This document shows, in pieces, positions 29,734-39,282 of a stretch of DNA of 54,511 bases. Made by a program: the position numbers and the translations under genes. Under the pieces are notes generated by a model. It worked only from the letters and a program-made list of their open reading frames with translations. It ran no database searches and had not been told where the DNA came from. Numbering within the stretch: the first letter of the stretch is position 1; the number at the start of each line of letters is the position of its first letter. This DNA comes from a virus (Duplodnaviria; Caudoviricetes). The stretch covers positions 1 to 54,511 of IMG/VR virus record IMGVR_UViG_3300020450_000031. The stretch is one strand, 5' to 3'.

Positions 29734-30220
29734 CTGGGGCCTCCGTTAAATCTAATCTCATATGAGTATATACTGGTTTGAATCCTAAACGTTTTATTAC
29801 ACGCTCCATAGCTGGGTTTCCAACTAATCCTTCTATAGCTCTAACCCCATTCATATATGCCCAACCTAAAAGTTTCTCCCAGTATTTATCTGAAAGAGAT
29901 TTTAAGTCAGAGCCACCTATGGCTAAAAGGTTGAGAGCAGGTAAATTAGGATATAAGCGTGGTTCAAAAACTAAAACTAATTTTACTTGTGGTTCTGGCC
30001 CAGCGTCTGATTTAACTACAATCACATACATCTGTGCAGCTAATGCACGTTCATATATATGGTGTGTCTCTATTTCACCATGCGTAGTTTTATCAAGACA
30101 TTCTTTAACATATGGTTCAGCGTATGCCCAATACTTATCAAAATGCTCCTTAGTACTTAGAAGCAAAGGCTCAAATGAGTTTGTTGGAAACTCTACTACG
30201 TTAGCTGACTTTTGAACCAT
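29720..30220 (-). CDS. GNAT-fold-like virion assembly protein (P22 gp14 / T7 gp13-like position)
   Basis: L.LLAIGG, WA..NG...IE, N.AM.R...RLGFKPVY pattern; precedes ejection genes. Confidence 0.6.
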   Translation of the reverse strand: MVQKSANVVEFPTNSFEPLLLSTKEHFDKYWAYAEPYVKECLDKTTHGEIETHHIYERALAAQMYVIVVKSDAGPEPQVKLVLVFEPRLYPNLPALNLLAIGGSDLKSLSDKYWEKLLGWAYMNGVRAIEGLVGNPAMERVIKRLGFKPVYTHMRLDLTEAPDETN

Positions 30221-31169
30221 TGTTACCCTGTACTAATTTATCAAAAAACTCTGTGCCTTTTCTTGCCACAACGTCTTTAGGTATTACATACTCACCCTCA
30301 TGGGCCATAATAGGAATACCACCACCTGGATTTGGACTATCCATAGGTAGTTGTCCTCCGCCTCTCATACTAGGCATACCTTGCTCCATAGGCTGTCCCA
30401 TTCCAGGGACTGGCATACCTAATGCAAGTTTACACGCTAGTATAATTACAAACGCAAGCCCTTCATCATACTCCATAGGCAGATCTTCTTGTTCTGCCAA
30501 ACCATTGTTAAGAGCAAACTCACGCAACTGTGGGTAAATGCTAGGATCTTGAACAGCAGACTGTGCCAACTGTAATCCCATATTTACTTGGTCTGCGTTT
30601 AGTTCGCCAGAAGCAATAGCATTTTGTAATTCTGTAGCTAGAGCTTGGATTCTTTGTGGATCGTTTTGAACAGTTTGCGCCATCTGACCATCCATTTGTT
30701 CAGGAGTCATAGGTGCTTTATTCATAGGTTGTGGCATACCTTGTTGCACGGGCATACCCCCAGGGCCAACCATGCCACCTTCTTGGAAAGCATACGGTTG
30801 AAAACGATAATCTAAAGCTGGGACTGCTTTATTGCCTGTACCTGTACCTGTAGGAATAGGTCTATTAACAGCAGCCATATTTACCATTGGTAAATTACCA
30901 CCTTTGATAAGATTTTGTAAAGCTGGTGGTACATCCAGCGAAGGCCCTAAGTTTGGTGCTTGCGCACCCATAGGTCTGCCTTGTCCAGCTGGAGCTGCAA
31001 TCTGAGCAGTAGCGGCTGTAACACCAGTAGGTTGTGTCAAACTAGATGGTGCTGCCTGCATTACTCCTCTACGACCCACATTTACTTTAGTTCCGCCTGG
31101 GGTGGTTTGCTGCAGCGTGTTTACGCTTGGGCTTAACCCCCCCTTTCTTTGTCTACTTCTATATGCCAT
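30201..31169 (-). CDS. Pro/Gln/Met-rich internal virion protein
   Basis: basic N-terminus, FQEGGMV motif, C-terminal IPIMAHEGEYVIPKDVV...G..FFDKL. Confidence 0.65.
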   Translation of the reverse strand: MAYRSRQRKGGLSPSVNTLQQTTPGGTKVNVGRRGVMQAAPSSLTQPTGVTAATAQIAAPAGQGRPMGAQAPNLGPSLDVPPALQNLIKGGNLPMVNMAAVNRPIPTGTGTGNKAVPALDYRFQPYAFQEGGMVGPGGMPVQQGMPQPMNKAPMTPEQMDGQMAQTVQNDPQRIQALATELQNAIASGELNADQVNMGLQLAQSAVQDPSIYPQLREFALNNGLAEQEDLPMEYDEGLAFVIILACKLALGMPVPGMGQPMEQGMPSMRGGGQLPMDSPNPGGGIPIMAHEGEYVIPKDVVARKGTEFFDKLVQGNNGSKVS

Positions 31170-31178
31170 ACGTACCTC

Positions 31179-31538
31179 CTAAGCTCTACCTTTTAGCTGT
31201 GCTATTAATGTATCTAATGCTTCTCTAGTAGCAAAAAGATCATTCATTAATGTCTGCACATCATTTACTAATTTTATATAATCGTCATAATCAGGAACTT
31301 TTTGGCCAGATATGGTATAACCAATTCCTTTTGCGTTTACCGCCAAAGCGTCTTGACTACCAAGAGTGTTAAGTTTTATTTGATCAATCGCCACAGCTTT
31401 ACTAGCTAAATCTTCTTCTCCACGAGTACCTGTAAGTAACTCTACGTTTTCTTTTAGCGCTGTCACCAATACTATAGTTGCGCCTCCAGATAGGTTTCCT
31501 TGTGGTACTGCTGGTATAGCAGCGTAACGTGTTGCCAT
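31179..31538 (-). CDS. small tail protein (needle/plug-like, coiled-coil)
   Basis: follows tail hub; ALKENVELLTG.RG, C-terminal heptads. Confidence 0.55.
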   Translation of the reverse strand: MATRYAAIPAVPQGNLSGGATIVLVTALKENVELLTGTRGEEDLASKAVAIDQIKLNTLGSQDALAVNAKGIGYTISGQKVPDYDDYIKLVNDVQTLMNDLFATREALDTLIAQLKGRA

Positions 31539-33928
31539 TATGATGCCCTCAATCCGAATGGCGTCTCACCTAAGTGTATACTTCGTATCCTAGCTGATCC
31601 AGCCACTCCCACTTCAAATGTATCACTTCTGTAACCTGTAGGCAATCTAAATATGTTGTCAGATGATATTGTGTTTTCATAAACTAACACTTTGTTAACC
31701 CAAAATCTAAAGGTAACAGGCAGTGCGCCTGGGACATCTTGTAAATAAGATGTCAAGTTATCTTCATTTATAGGTGCTGAATTTAATGTGCCAAGCTCTG
31801 GTACAGTAGTATTATTTGCATTTGCAGTAGGCCCATTAACAGTTCCTATCTGTGCATTGTTTGCCCATACAGTAGTATTGTTTGTCGGTACTAATGCGTT
31901 TGCAGCAACTAAAGCGTTGGTTTGAGAGTCAGGTGTTGCGTAATCAGCAATAACCCTAGCCGCACCTAAGTTAAGATAATCTTTTGTTGTAATTGTTTTT
32001 GACTTCCACTCCAATGGAGCAAGTGGTTCTGTACCTTTATCCCACTCAAATAAATCACCTTGTTGTCCCGTTACATAGTAAAAATTGTTTGTATCTGGAT
32101 CTGCGTATGCTGCAGTAAACGTATAGTCTACAGATACAAAATACCCACCAATCCTTTGATCTTGCTCAAATATAAACGAACCAGCTGAATGAGACCCAAA
32201 ATACTTACCATTGTAATAAGCACCTACAACTGTTGTAGGATCTACAGTAGCATTCCAAGTATCCCAGTCATGCACAAACTTAGTAATTAGATCTAACCCT
32301 GTAGCTGGGCTGTATACCGCCATACCTGCATACGTAGAGAACATTACACCAAAACCCATGTTTACAACTGAGTCTTTAGACAAGCATGGATACGGTGTAT
32401 CAATCTTAGCAATGTCCATGTTTTGCGGTGTACTACCTGTAATTTGATATGCGTTTTCTTCTGTAAGTGCCACAATAAAACCAGAAGCAACTCCAAGGGC
32501 AACAATATTATATTCTGTAGTAAGTCTAAATTTAGCAGGCCATGCAAAGGGCTGGTAAGGTAGCGAGAAACATACTTGGTTTCCAAAAAACCCTACAAAC
32601 ACACCGTTAGACGCAAGTGCCAAACCCTGCATATTCTCTGGTGGTGGATCGTTATCAGCACTACCTAGTATAGTAGAAAGGTTACTAAACAGAAAATCAT
32701 CAACAAAGTGATAAGGGTTAGTCAAAACTGGATCACCGTAGTATCTAGCTGTGTCATCTATAGACTCAGCAACATCATGGTATTTCTTACCAGTAGTATC
32801 TGCTGTAGTAGCTTTATCTGCTCCAGAGCTTGTATAAGTAATAGTCCTGTTACCAGTAACACTAAGAACTATACCATCTGTCACATTAAACGAAGTATCT
32901 GTACATCCAGAAATTTTAAATCTGTCACCCTCTGATAAATTGTGGTAATCAGCAAACTCAACTGTTGCTACGTTAGTTGCCCTAGCTACTGTAGCTACTG
33001 CTACAGGATACCAAGCATCAGTAAGTTTGTAGTAAGCTGTTCCTGATGCTGTAGGTATTGTACGGTACAGTCTAAGTCCACGTATAAAATTTTGAGCAGG
33101 AACAGAAGGTGGTGTTGAAGGAAGGTTAGTAAGAGTTACAACTTGACCTTCTTTTAGAAAATCACTGTCTGATGGATCAGAAGGTATCGACTCTTCACCC
33201 CAAGGTGTAATCCAGCTGTATATATAGTTTCGGGCTTGAGTCGTACCTGCAAGATCAATTTTACCATTAGTATCTGCTGTAACTGAAACGTTATCACCAG
33301 TATTAAAATACTGTAAGCTAGTAGGACTAAGTACTGTAGCAGTAACGTTAGTAGAATTAAATGTTTCTGGGATAGTACCTGTAAAATCACGTACTGTTAT
33401 AATATTGCCAGTTTTAATATTGTGGTTTCCATTAGTCACAACAGTAGCTTGATTAGCTGAGTCTCTAGCAAATGATACTGAGTCTAATGTGTTAAATGCT
33501 GTTACTGATGTAGTGGGTTGTACTGTAGGTAATGGTAAGCCTAGTTGGTAAAAAGAATTAGTTGCGGGGTATGGGCCAGCACCAGAAGTAGCTAGGTCAT
33601 AAGTTGATACTTTAGGTGGGCCATCGCCTGTGTAATAAAACCTTTGTTCATCTTCTTCAAAGGCATCACCCTGTGACGCTTTAACAATGTCAACGCTAGT
33701 ATTCCAAGATAGCCATTTTACAACACCTGTAGGACTAGTTAGCGGATACACAGTTTTTACTGTACCTGTACGTCCTATGTTCTGATCAAACACAGGTTTC
33801 CTGTAAGGTATTAAATCTCCAGAGTATAGCTTAGTATTATATGCTGTTTGAGCTGCACCATCAGGTAGCAACTCTGTAGTTATTCTTGGCGCTTCACCTA
33901 GGAATTTTAATAACTTAACTGATGCCAT
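31538..33928 (-). CDS. tail hub / DNA stabilisation protein (P22 gp10-like) with two inserted beta domains
   Basis: F.GEAPR...LLP..AQ.A.N, GEES.PS, P.AWP..., WKSK; 796 aa. Confidence 0.75.
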   Translation of the reverse strand: MASVKLLKFLGEAPRITTELLPDGAAQTAYNTKLYSGDLIPYRKPVFDQNIGRTGTVKTVYPLTSPTGVVKWLSWNTSVDIVKASQGDAFEEDEQRFYYTGDGPPKVSTYDLATSGAGPYPATNSFYQLGLPLPTVQPTTSVTAFNTLDSVSFARDSANQATVVTNGNHNIKTGNIITVRDFTGTIPETFNSTNVTATVLSPTSLQYFNTGDNVSVTADTNGKIDLAGTTQARNYIYSWITPWGEESIPSDPSDSDFLKEGQVVTLTNLPSTPPSVPAQNFIRGLRLYRTIPTASGTAYYKLTDAWYPVAVATVARATNVATVEFADYHNLSEGDRFKISGCTDTSFNVTDGIVLSVTGNRTITYTSSGADKATTADTTGKKYHDVAESIDDTARYYGDPVLTNPYHFVDDFLFSNLSTILGSADNDPPPENMQGLALASNGVFVGFFGNQVCFSLPYQPFAWPAKFRLTTEYNIVALGVASGFIVALTEENAYQITGSTPQNMDIAKIDTPYPCLSKDSVVNMGFGVMFSTYAGMAVYSPATGLDLITKFVHDWDTWNATVDPTTVVGAYYNGKYFGSHSAGSFIFEQDQRIGGYFVSVDYTFTAAYADPDTNNFYYVTGQQGDLFEWDKGTEPLAPLEWKSKTITTKDYLNLGAARVIADYATPDSQTNALVAANALVPTNNTTVWANNAQIGTVNGPTANANNTTVPELGTLNSAPINEDNLTSYLQDVPGALPVTFRFWVNKVLVYENTISSDNIFRLPTGYRSDTFEVGVAGSARIRSIHLGETPFGLRAS

Positions 33929-34380
33929 TATGTCACCTCAAAATGCGGGGCATCTATAAATGGGCGCTTGCCTTGCCGCCTACGTAAATCAATATATGCA
34001 AGCATAAGTTCTTCCATAGTCCCTTCCCAATCTCGTATATCTTCAACATGCCATGCTGCACCCCAACGTATTGACAGATCATGTTCCATAGCTGCTGTTT
34101 TCATAGCTTCAGCAACATCATCGTAGACATTCAACTCCCAACTTATTTTAGGGCCTATGTACGCAACAAGATCTACAGCGTTACCATCAAGATGTTTACT
34201 GTTCATTGTTTGTGACGCACCTGACTCTACTAACTCTTTCTGTTCTTCCACAGTTCTGAGTCCACAAGTTACACCAAAGTCAACCTTTGTATAATCAATA
34301 GCCGATTGAACAACTTTACTTAGCTTATCGTCTACACCTTCTAGTCTACTAAGACTACGTTCTGATAATACATAACTCAT
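33928..34380 (-). CDS. endolysin, M15-type L-Ala-D-Glu peptidase
   Basis: LS.RS..RL.GV, GLRT.EEQ, SKHL.G.AVD, DAPHFE. Confidence 0.92.
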   Translation of the reverse strand: MSYVLSERSLSRLEGVDDKLSKVVQSAIDYTKVDFGVTCGLRTVEEQKELVESGASQTMNSKHLDGNAVDLVAYIGPKISWELNVYDDVAEAMKTAAMEHDLSIRWGAAWHVEDIRDWEGTMEELMLAYIDLRRRQGKRPFIDAPHFEVT

Positions 34381-34754
34381 TTTTTACTATCCGTTTTTTT
34401 CATCTTGTCATATGACCTCATTCCCCCGATTCCGAGCATGCCGAACATTAGAGGCATCATCACAGACATATCTGCTTGTGGTATTGTTATCCCAAACCCT
34501 GCACAAATTGGGGCTACCATATAATTTATTCCGAGGCTGAGACCTGAAATCCAGCCAATGAGGGGTCGCCACGAGCTTTGAAACCAATTCCCTTGGGCGT
34601 CTGCCTTCAAAACTTCTATTTGGGCAAGTGCTAATTCTTGAGCGTGTTTCTCTGACATAGTAGCTATGTCGTGAGCCAACTTAGCTTTCTGATCTGCGTC
34701 AGGTATAAATTTGTCTAATAGCCCTGTTACTGGGCCAATCAATGCTTGTATCAT
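34377..34754 (-). CDS. holin (3TM / GTA-holin-like)
   Basis: LDKFIPD, WRP.IGW, MLG.GG.RS.DK; adjacent to endolysin; ATG 34754 with AAGGAG. Confidence 0.85.
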   Translation of the reverse strand: MIQALIGPVTGLLDKFIPDADQKAKLAHDIATMSEKHAQELALAQIEVLKADAQGNWFQSSWRPLIGWISGLSLGINYMVAPICAGFGITIPQADMSVMMPLMFGMLGIGGMRSYDKMKKTDSKK

Positions 34755-34972
34755 CAACACATCTCCTTACCAGAGCAGTCTTCTGGAAAGCACTGCGGAA
34801 TCATAAAATAAAATTTATTATTTGTAGACTTGTGCCACATGCCGTCAGAGCGAAGCCAATTACATTGCTCAATGGTCATAGGCTGTTGAAGTGCCATCTG
34901 ACCAATGGGATGATTTGTAACACCATCGCTCCCCCACATGCTTATAACTAAAATGTATAATGTTTCTTTCAT
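34754..34972 (-). CDS. hypothetical protein, lysis region
   Basis: coupled overlaps at both ends; Cys-containing. Confidence 0.7.
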   Translation of the reverse strand: MKETLYILVISMWGSDGVTNHPIGQMALQQPMTIEQCNWLRSDGMWHKSTNNKFYFMIPQCFPEDCSGKEMC

Positions 34973-35283
34973 TTTCTAGCCATCCATGCTGTAGTTCCCA
35001 TATATGCGCCTACAATACCAGCGCCTGATATATAGAAAAGGTTACTAATATCTGCGAGAGCTTGCACTCTCTCCAGAGGTACGAAAAACATGGCTGCAGT
35101 AAATACGCCCATAGCAATAAGTGTAAACCTTGCCATACGCAACTGCGCTAAGTTTCTTCGTAATGCTGTTTCAGTTTCTTTGATAGCCTTTATGTGAGAT
35201 AATTCTTTATCACTCACAATGCCATCTCCGTCTTCATCGTACTCAGCAAATTTACTTTTCTTTTGAAGTTTTTTCTGCGTCAT
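34969..35283 (-). CDS. EF-hand-like two-TM membrane protein
   Basis: DEDGDGIVSDKE loop plus two hydrophobic helices. Confidence 0.72.
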   Translation of the reverse strand: MTQKKLQKKSKFAEYDEDGDGIVSDKELSHIKAIKETETALRRNLAQLRMARFTLIAMGVFTAAMFFVPLERVQALADISNLFYISGAGIVGAYMGTTAWMARK

Positions 35284-35750
35284 CTAAATAGTCCCCTAAA
35301 GAAGAAATATACTGCAACACACGCAACAACTATGCCGATAATAACACCGCCACCGATAGTAACAGTCTCAGTAAGTTCTTCTCGTTCTTTCATCTTCCGC
35401 CTTCTTAATTCCTTTTCTGCTTCTTTAGCTTCAGCAATTCTTCTAGCTCTTTCTGCTATAATGCTTTGCCAAGTTCCAAATCCAAATCTATGGTCGATAA
35501 GCTGACGCATATCATCAAGGTGTTCTTCAGCCAGCTTTGCATTTATAGTCTCCTCTGCAATATTTTTAATACTGAAAGGATCGCTACTAGCCTCACGCTT
35601 AGCTTTTTGTGCTTCGTCTCGACCTTGTAATAATTTGTCTACATGTTTTGCTATATCTCCCACATCATTTGCTGTAGCAATGGTACTCTTAATACCATCT
35701 ACAGCGGATTTGACGAGGGCTATACCTGCAAGCGCTTCTGCTATCACCAT
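35280..35750 (-). CDS. membrane-anchored coiled-coil protein
   Basis: C-terminal TM helix, charged helical body. Confidence 0.75.
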   Translation of the reverse strand: MVIAEALAGIALVKSAVDGIKSTIATANDVGDIAKHVDKLLQGRDEAQKAKREASSDPFSIKNIAEETINAKLAEEHLDDMRQLIDHRFGFGTWQSIIAERARRIAEAKEAEKELRRRKMKEREELTETVTIGGGVIIGIVVACVAVYFFFRGLFR

Positions 35751-35771
35751 GTTATAACCCTCATACTGTCA

Positions 35772-35885
35772 CTACTTACCTTTCTTCTTTTTCTTCTTCT
35801 TTTTCTTTACTTCAGCTTTAGCTTTAGCTGCAGCCGCTTTGCCTTTTTTAGTATAGGCATACTTTTTTCCTGCTACATTTGGCAT
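35772..35885 (-). CDS. 37-aa Lys-rich protein (MPNVAGKKYAYTKKGKAAAAKAKAEVK9GK)
   Basis: translated by hand; fills gap in operon; GAAGGTG upstream. Confidence 0.75.
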   Translation of the reverse strand: MPNVAGKKYAYTKKGKAAAAKAKAEVKKKKKKKKKGK

Positions 35886-35886
35886 T

Positions 35887-36021
35887 TTATGTCACCTTCT
35901 TATTCATAATTTTTTTCTGCAAAAATGGTGGTAATTTTTTCTGGGCAGCCGTTAAGCCTTTTCCATTACCATTTTTCTTTTTGTTTCCATTACTGGATTT
36001 ATTTTTCATTGTATACGCCAC
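35887..36021 (-). CDS. 44-aa basic protein (...GLTAAQKKLPPFLQKKIM...)
   Basis: translated by hand; GGAGGT before GTG 36021; alternative ATG 36009. Confidence 0.7.
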   Translation of the reverse strand: MAYTMKNKSSNGNKKKNGNGKGLTAAQKKLPPFLQKKIMNKKVT

Positions 36022-36022
36022 G

Positions 36023-36205
36023 TTAACCTCCTAATCTAAAAAGCACGGCTGTTAAAACCGATCCTGATCCTACAATCAAGATCCCTGCACAAGCAACTAG
36101 AATACGTTCTAGTCGGTTGATTCTGAACAAAATCATTTCATAACGCTCAGCACATACTGCTTCATGCGTTGCTAAATCTTTTTCTACTTCGCCAACTCTA
36201 GCCAT
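36023..36205 (-). CDS. small coiled-coil plus TM protein
   Basis: HEAVCAERY...RLE + TM helix; TAATG-coupled start at 36205. Confidence 0.75.
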   Translation of the reverse strand: MARVGEVEKDLATHEAVCAERYEMILFRINRLERILVACAGILIVGSGSVLTAVLFRLGG

Positions 36206-36621
36206 TATGAAATAATCCACTTCGCATTATACTCTGCATCAACTTCATTATTAATCTCTGTTATACCTGCTTTTGTATCATCATCAGGAACAGCTAACTC
36301 AGCAGAAGTATACTTTGCAGATATAAGCCCGTTTTTCTTTTGGCGTATAACTTCTGCGTACATATCTTGTACAATTTTAACATCGTCAGCATCAGCTAAA
36401 GTAAATTTATTTTTATTTGCTGTATTGAATACATTTTTATAATCATCCCAAAATGTAACGTATACAACTCCACTTTCATGCACATGCCACTCTACAGGAG
36501 AAACCCAATTCTCAGTGTCTTTCCAAGTTCCTGCAGGAGCAGGCGTATCAGGATGTACTATCTCTTTCATAGCAAGTGTTGTTTTATATAATTTTCTTGT
36601 TAGGTACGGTGTAAATGCCAT
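36205..36621 (-). CDS. hypothetical protein, possible fibre assembly chaperone
   Basis: AAGGAG before ATG 36621; directly follows fibre gene. Confidence 0.6.
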   Translation of the reverse strand: MAFTPYLTRKLYKTTLAMKEIVHPDTPAPAGTWKDTENWVSPVEWHVHESGVVYVTFWDDYKNVFNTANKNKFTLADADDVKIVQDMYAEVIRQKKNGLISAKYTSAELAVPDDDTKAGITEINNEVDAEYNAKWIIS

Positions 36622-36631
36622 GTGAATCTCC

Positions 36632-38764
36632 TTATAATGACCTTCTATGCCAATAGTAATAATGGACATTCATATTACTGCCATGACTATAATAGTAATT
36701 ATTACCTTTCATCCAAATAGTTCCATCAGTTAAAACCACAGTATAGTGATAATAACCGCTATAGTAATGTCCTTCTATATGCCATTCTTTAACTGAAGGC
36801 TGTGATTTACCCCAAAAATGTCCTACTCTACCTGCATTTATTGCACCTGAATGATTCCACGGTGCTTCATCCAAATGCGCTTCATCCATATTTACTGCGC
36901 CAGTATTAGTTGTTGAGTGCATACAGGCGGTGCAGTAACCAGAAAACCACATTCTTTTTTGGTTATCTAACATATACAAAGCCATAGATTGATAACCTGA
37001 ATTTCTAACTGGCCAAACCCTAGTTATTTGGGCTCTTGGGAATGTTAAATCTGTACCCGACAAAACGCCTCCGCTAGACGTAACAGATTGTTTTTGTCTA
37101 GCACTACCAGCATTAGTTGGCATCGAATCATAAGTAGTTGTATTTGGCGTAGTCCATGTAGTAGTGGTACTAGTGTTAGCTTCCATACGCCAGCCATTTG
37201 CATTATAACCAGCGGTTCTAATTGCTAAGCCTTGATTAGAGTTTTGCATATAGGTGTAAGCATCGCCAGGGCCATCTACGCCTCCGCTATTTCCACTAGA
37301 TACATTACCTAGAACACCACACCAGCCAAATGTAGAGCCAGCTCCTACAGAGTGGATAGCTGCATAATTATAAGATGAGTCTGCCTGTACCCAAGAAGTA
37401 CGATCTGATGTATCGCCCATGCCCGAATTGTAGTTACCATTATAACCAATTATATACAGGTTGCCGTTAGATTTAATATATGCACCCCCACCAATGATAC
37501 CGCCATTATAATAGTAAGTGTTGGCATTTTGTATCTGTTTTACATCTGTAACACCTGTCATTGGTGCTATAGTGCTGGTAATAACACCGCTACCAAAAGT
37601 ACTATGTCCGTTGTAATCATACCCTACAAACCATCCCTGACCTTGATCATCTACTGCGTATATAGAGGAAAAGCCAGTTGAGATCATAACACAGGGGTTA
37701 TTACCAAAACCATTACCATCTAAAAGAACAGGTTTACTTTGGTTTGTAGTATTACCTGTACCTAGCATGCTATACCCATTGTAACCCCAGCAGAACACTC
37801 TGCCATCATGCGTGATAACATAAAAGTTTGCCAAGGTCATACCTTGGTATCCACGAGGGTCATTACAAACAATACAGGATACTTCCATAGTAATACCATT
37901 GTTTGTAGCATTTGGGCCTAAGTATGGATTCTTAACAATTTGGTATCTGTCTGTAGTGTCACCTAAACCTAGCTGCCCATAACCATTATATCCGCCAACA
38001 AAAACGTTTCCTTTGTTTGTAAGTATAGCTATTGAATAATCTTGCTGACAAAACCGTACAAAATATTCACCATCTTCTAAACTTCCAAACTCTGTGCTAA
38101 GATTACACATCTGATTGATTTGTTCATCAAATGCTTGTGTAAATACTGGGCCTAAACCATAGTGACCATACCCAGATGTCATTAGCTGGTGGTCATCGGA
38201 CAAATATCTCAAACCAGGGGTATTATTAATAAAATAAGTAGCATCGTGTTTTACTGGGCCACAGTAATTTTGTAAGGCAAACGGATGCTGTGGAATCCAA
38301 TCTGCAGTCGCACCTGATTTACCATTGTAACGAGCTAACCAAGGTCTACTACCATCAGTGCCGTATACATTAGACCCATTAATATTCGCATAATCTGGCA
38401 AGTTAGACGTTAGAGGTTTGTAACCTGTAAAACCTTCGACATCACTATATCCGACTGTGCTTGAACCTTGTACAGTTAAGGCTTGACCTTGTGAACCTAT
38501 AGGGAGTCTAACATTAGATCCGCCATGACGAACAATAATATCACCATCGGTGGTTGTAGGTAATCCACCTTCTGCCATCAACTCCCAGTGTGAGCTGTTA
38601 GAGCTACTAGGTGCTCCAGCTGCACTACCTGTTTTATTTGCAGCATTTACGTATACCCAACTAGACCCGCTATGCTCAACAACATCGTCTTTTTCGTAAG
38701 TGTTACTCGTGGAGAAAGCACTCCTCCAAGTAAACTTAATTTTTCCTACATCTATTGTTGCCAT
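36632..38764 (-). CDS. receptor-binding / fibre protein with RCC1-like repeats
   Basis: GNVFVGGYNGYGQLGLGDT, GRVFCWGYNGYSMLGTG etc.; N-terminal W...Y...DVV...GSSW module. Confidence 0.8.
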   Translation of the reverse strand: MATIDVGKIKFTWRSAFSTSNTYEKDDVVEHSGSSWVYVNAANKTGSAAGAPSSSNSSHWELMAEGGLPTTTDGDIIVRHGGSNVRLPIGSQGQALTVQGSSTVGYSDVEGFTGYKPLTSNLPDYANINGSNVYGTDGSRPWLARYNGKSGATADWIPQHPFALQNYCGPVKHDATYFINNTPGLRYLSDDHQLMTSGYGHYGLGPVFTQAFDEQINQMCNLSTEFGSLEDGEYFVRFCQQDYSIAILTNKGNVFVGGYNGYGQLGLGDTTDRYQIVKNPYLGPNATNNGITMEVSCIVCNDPRGYQGMTLANFYVITHDGRVFCWGYNGYSMLGTGNTTNQSKPVLLDGNGFGNNPCVMISTGFSSIYAVDDQGQGWFVGYDYNGHSTFGSGVITSTIAPMTGVTDVKQIQNANTYYYNGGIIGGGAYIKSNGNLYIIGYNGNYNSGMGDTSDRTSWVQADSSYNYAAIHSVGAGSTFGWCGVLGNVSSGNSGGVDGPGDAYTYMQNSNQGLAIRTAGYNANGWRMEANTSTTTTWTTPNTTTYDSMPTNAGSARQKQSVTSSGGVLSGTDLTFPRAQITRVWPVRNSGYQSMALYMLDNQKRMWFSGYCTACMHSTTNTGAVNMDEAHLDEAPWNHSGAINAGRVGHFWGKSQPSVKEWHIEGHYYSGYYHYTVVLTDGTIWMKGNNYYYSHGSNMNVHYYYWHRRSL

Positions 38765-38775
38765 AATTACACATC

Positions 38776-39282
38776 CTAACTAGTTGTTAATATCAAATGC
38801 CCACTAGCATTTATACTTATTTGAATATCTCCTGGGACAAATTTAGTAACTGGATAATCTGAATCTGTATAATTATCTGTACTGCCAGAAGCTGTGTAAT
38901 CAATATTCAGATCATCTCCGTTTATATAAAACCCGTACCATTCCATACGTTGTCCGCCGCCACCTTGAGTCTGCGTAAACAGATCATTAATTAATGCGGC
39001 TACAACTCTCATTTCTACCCTATCACCTGCACTAAATGATCTAGCTGTAGTACCATCTTGTGCTCGAACAATAGTAAGTGCATCGGTAGCTCTATGAGTA
39101 CATTTTACAATTTCTGTATTTAACGCTGTATCAACTAGCGTAATATAAAAATAATCAGTGCCAGAACTTGACACAGCTGGAAATAACGCTCCTGTACCAC
39201 TAGTTAAATTTATAGTGGTATCTGTAGTATTAATACTACCTGTTAATGCGCTTTTAGCGCTATTTGAAGCTACAGCAACCAT
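38776..39282 (-). CDS. short fibre-adaptor protein (shared anchor domain)
   Basis: N-terminal ~100 aa paralogous to the two upstream fibres. Confidence 0.75.
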   Translation of the reverse strand: MVAVASNSAKSALTGSINTTDTTINLTSGTGALFPAVSSSGTDYFYITLVDTALNTEIVKCTHRATDALTIVRAQDGTTARSFSAGDRVEMRVVAALINDLFTQTQGGGGQRMEWYGFYINGDDLNIDYTASGSTDNYTDSDYPVTKFVPGDIQISINASGHLILTTS

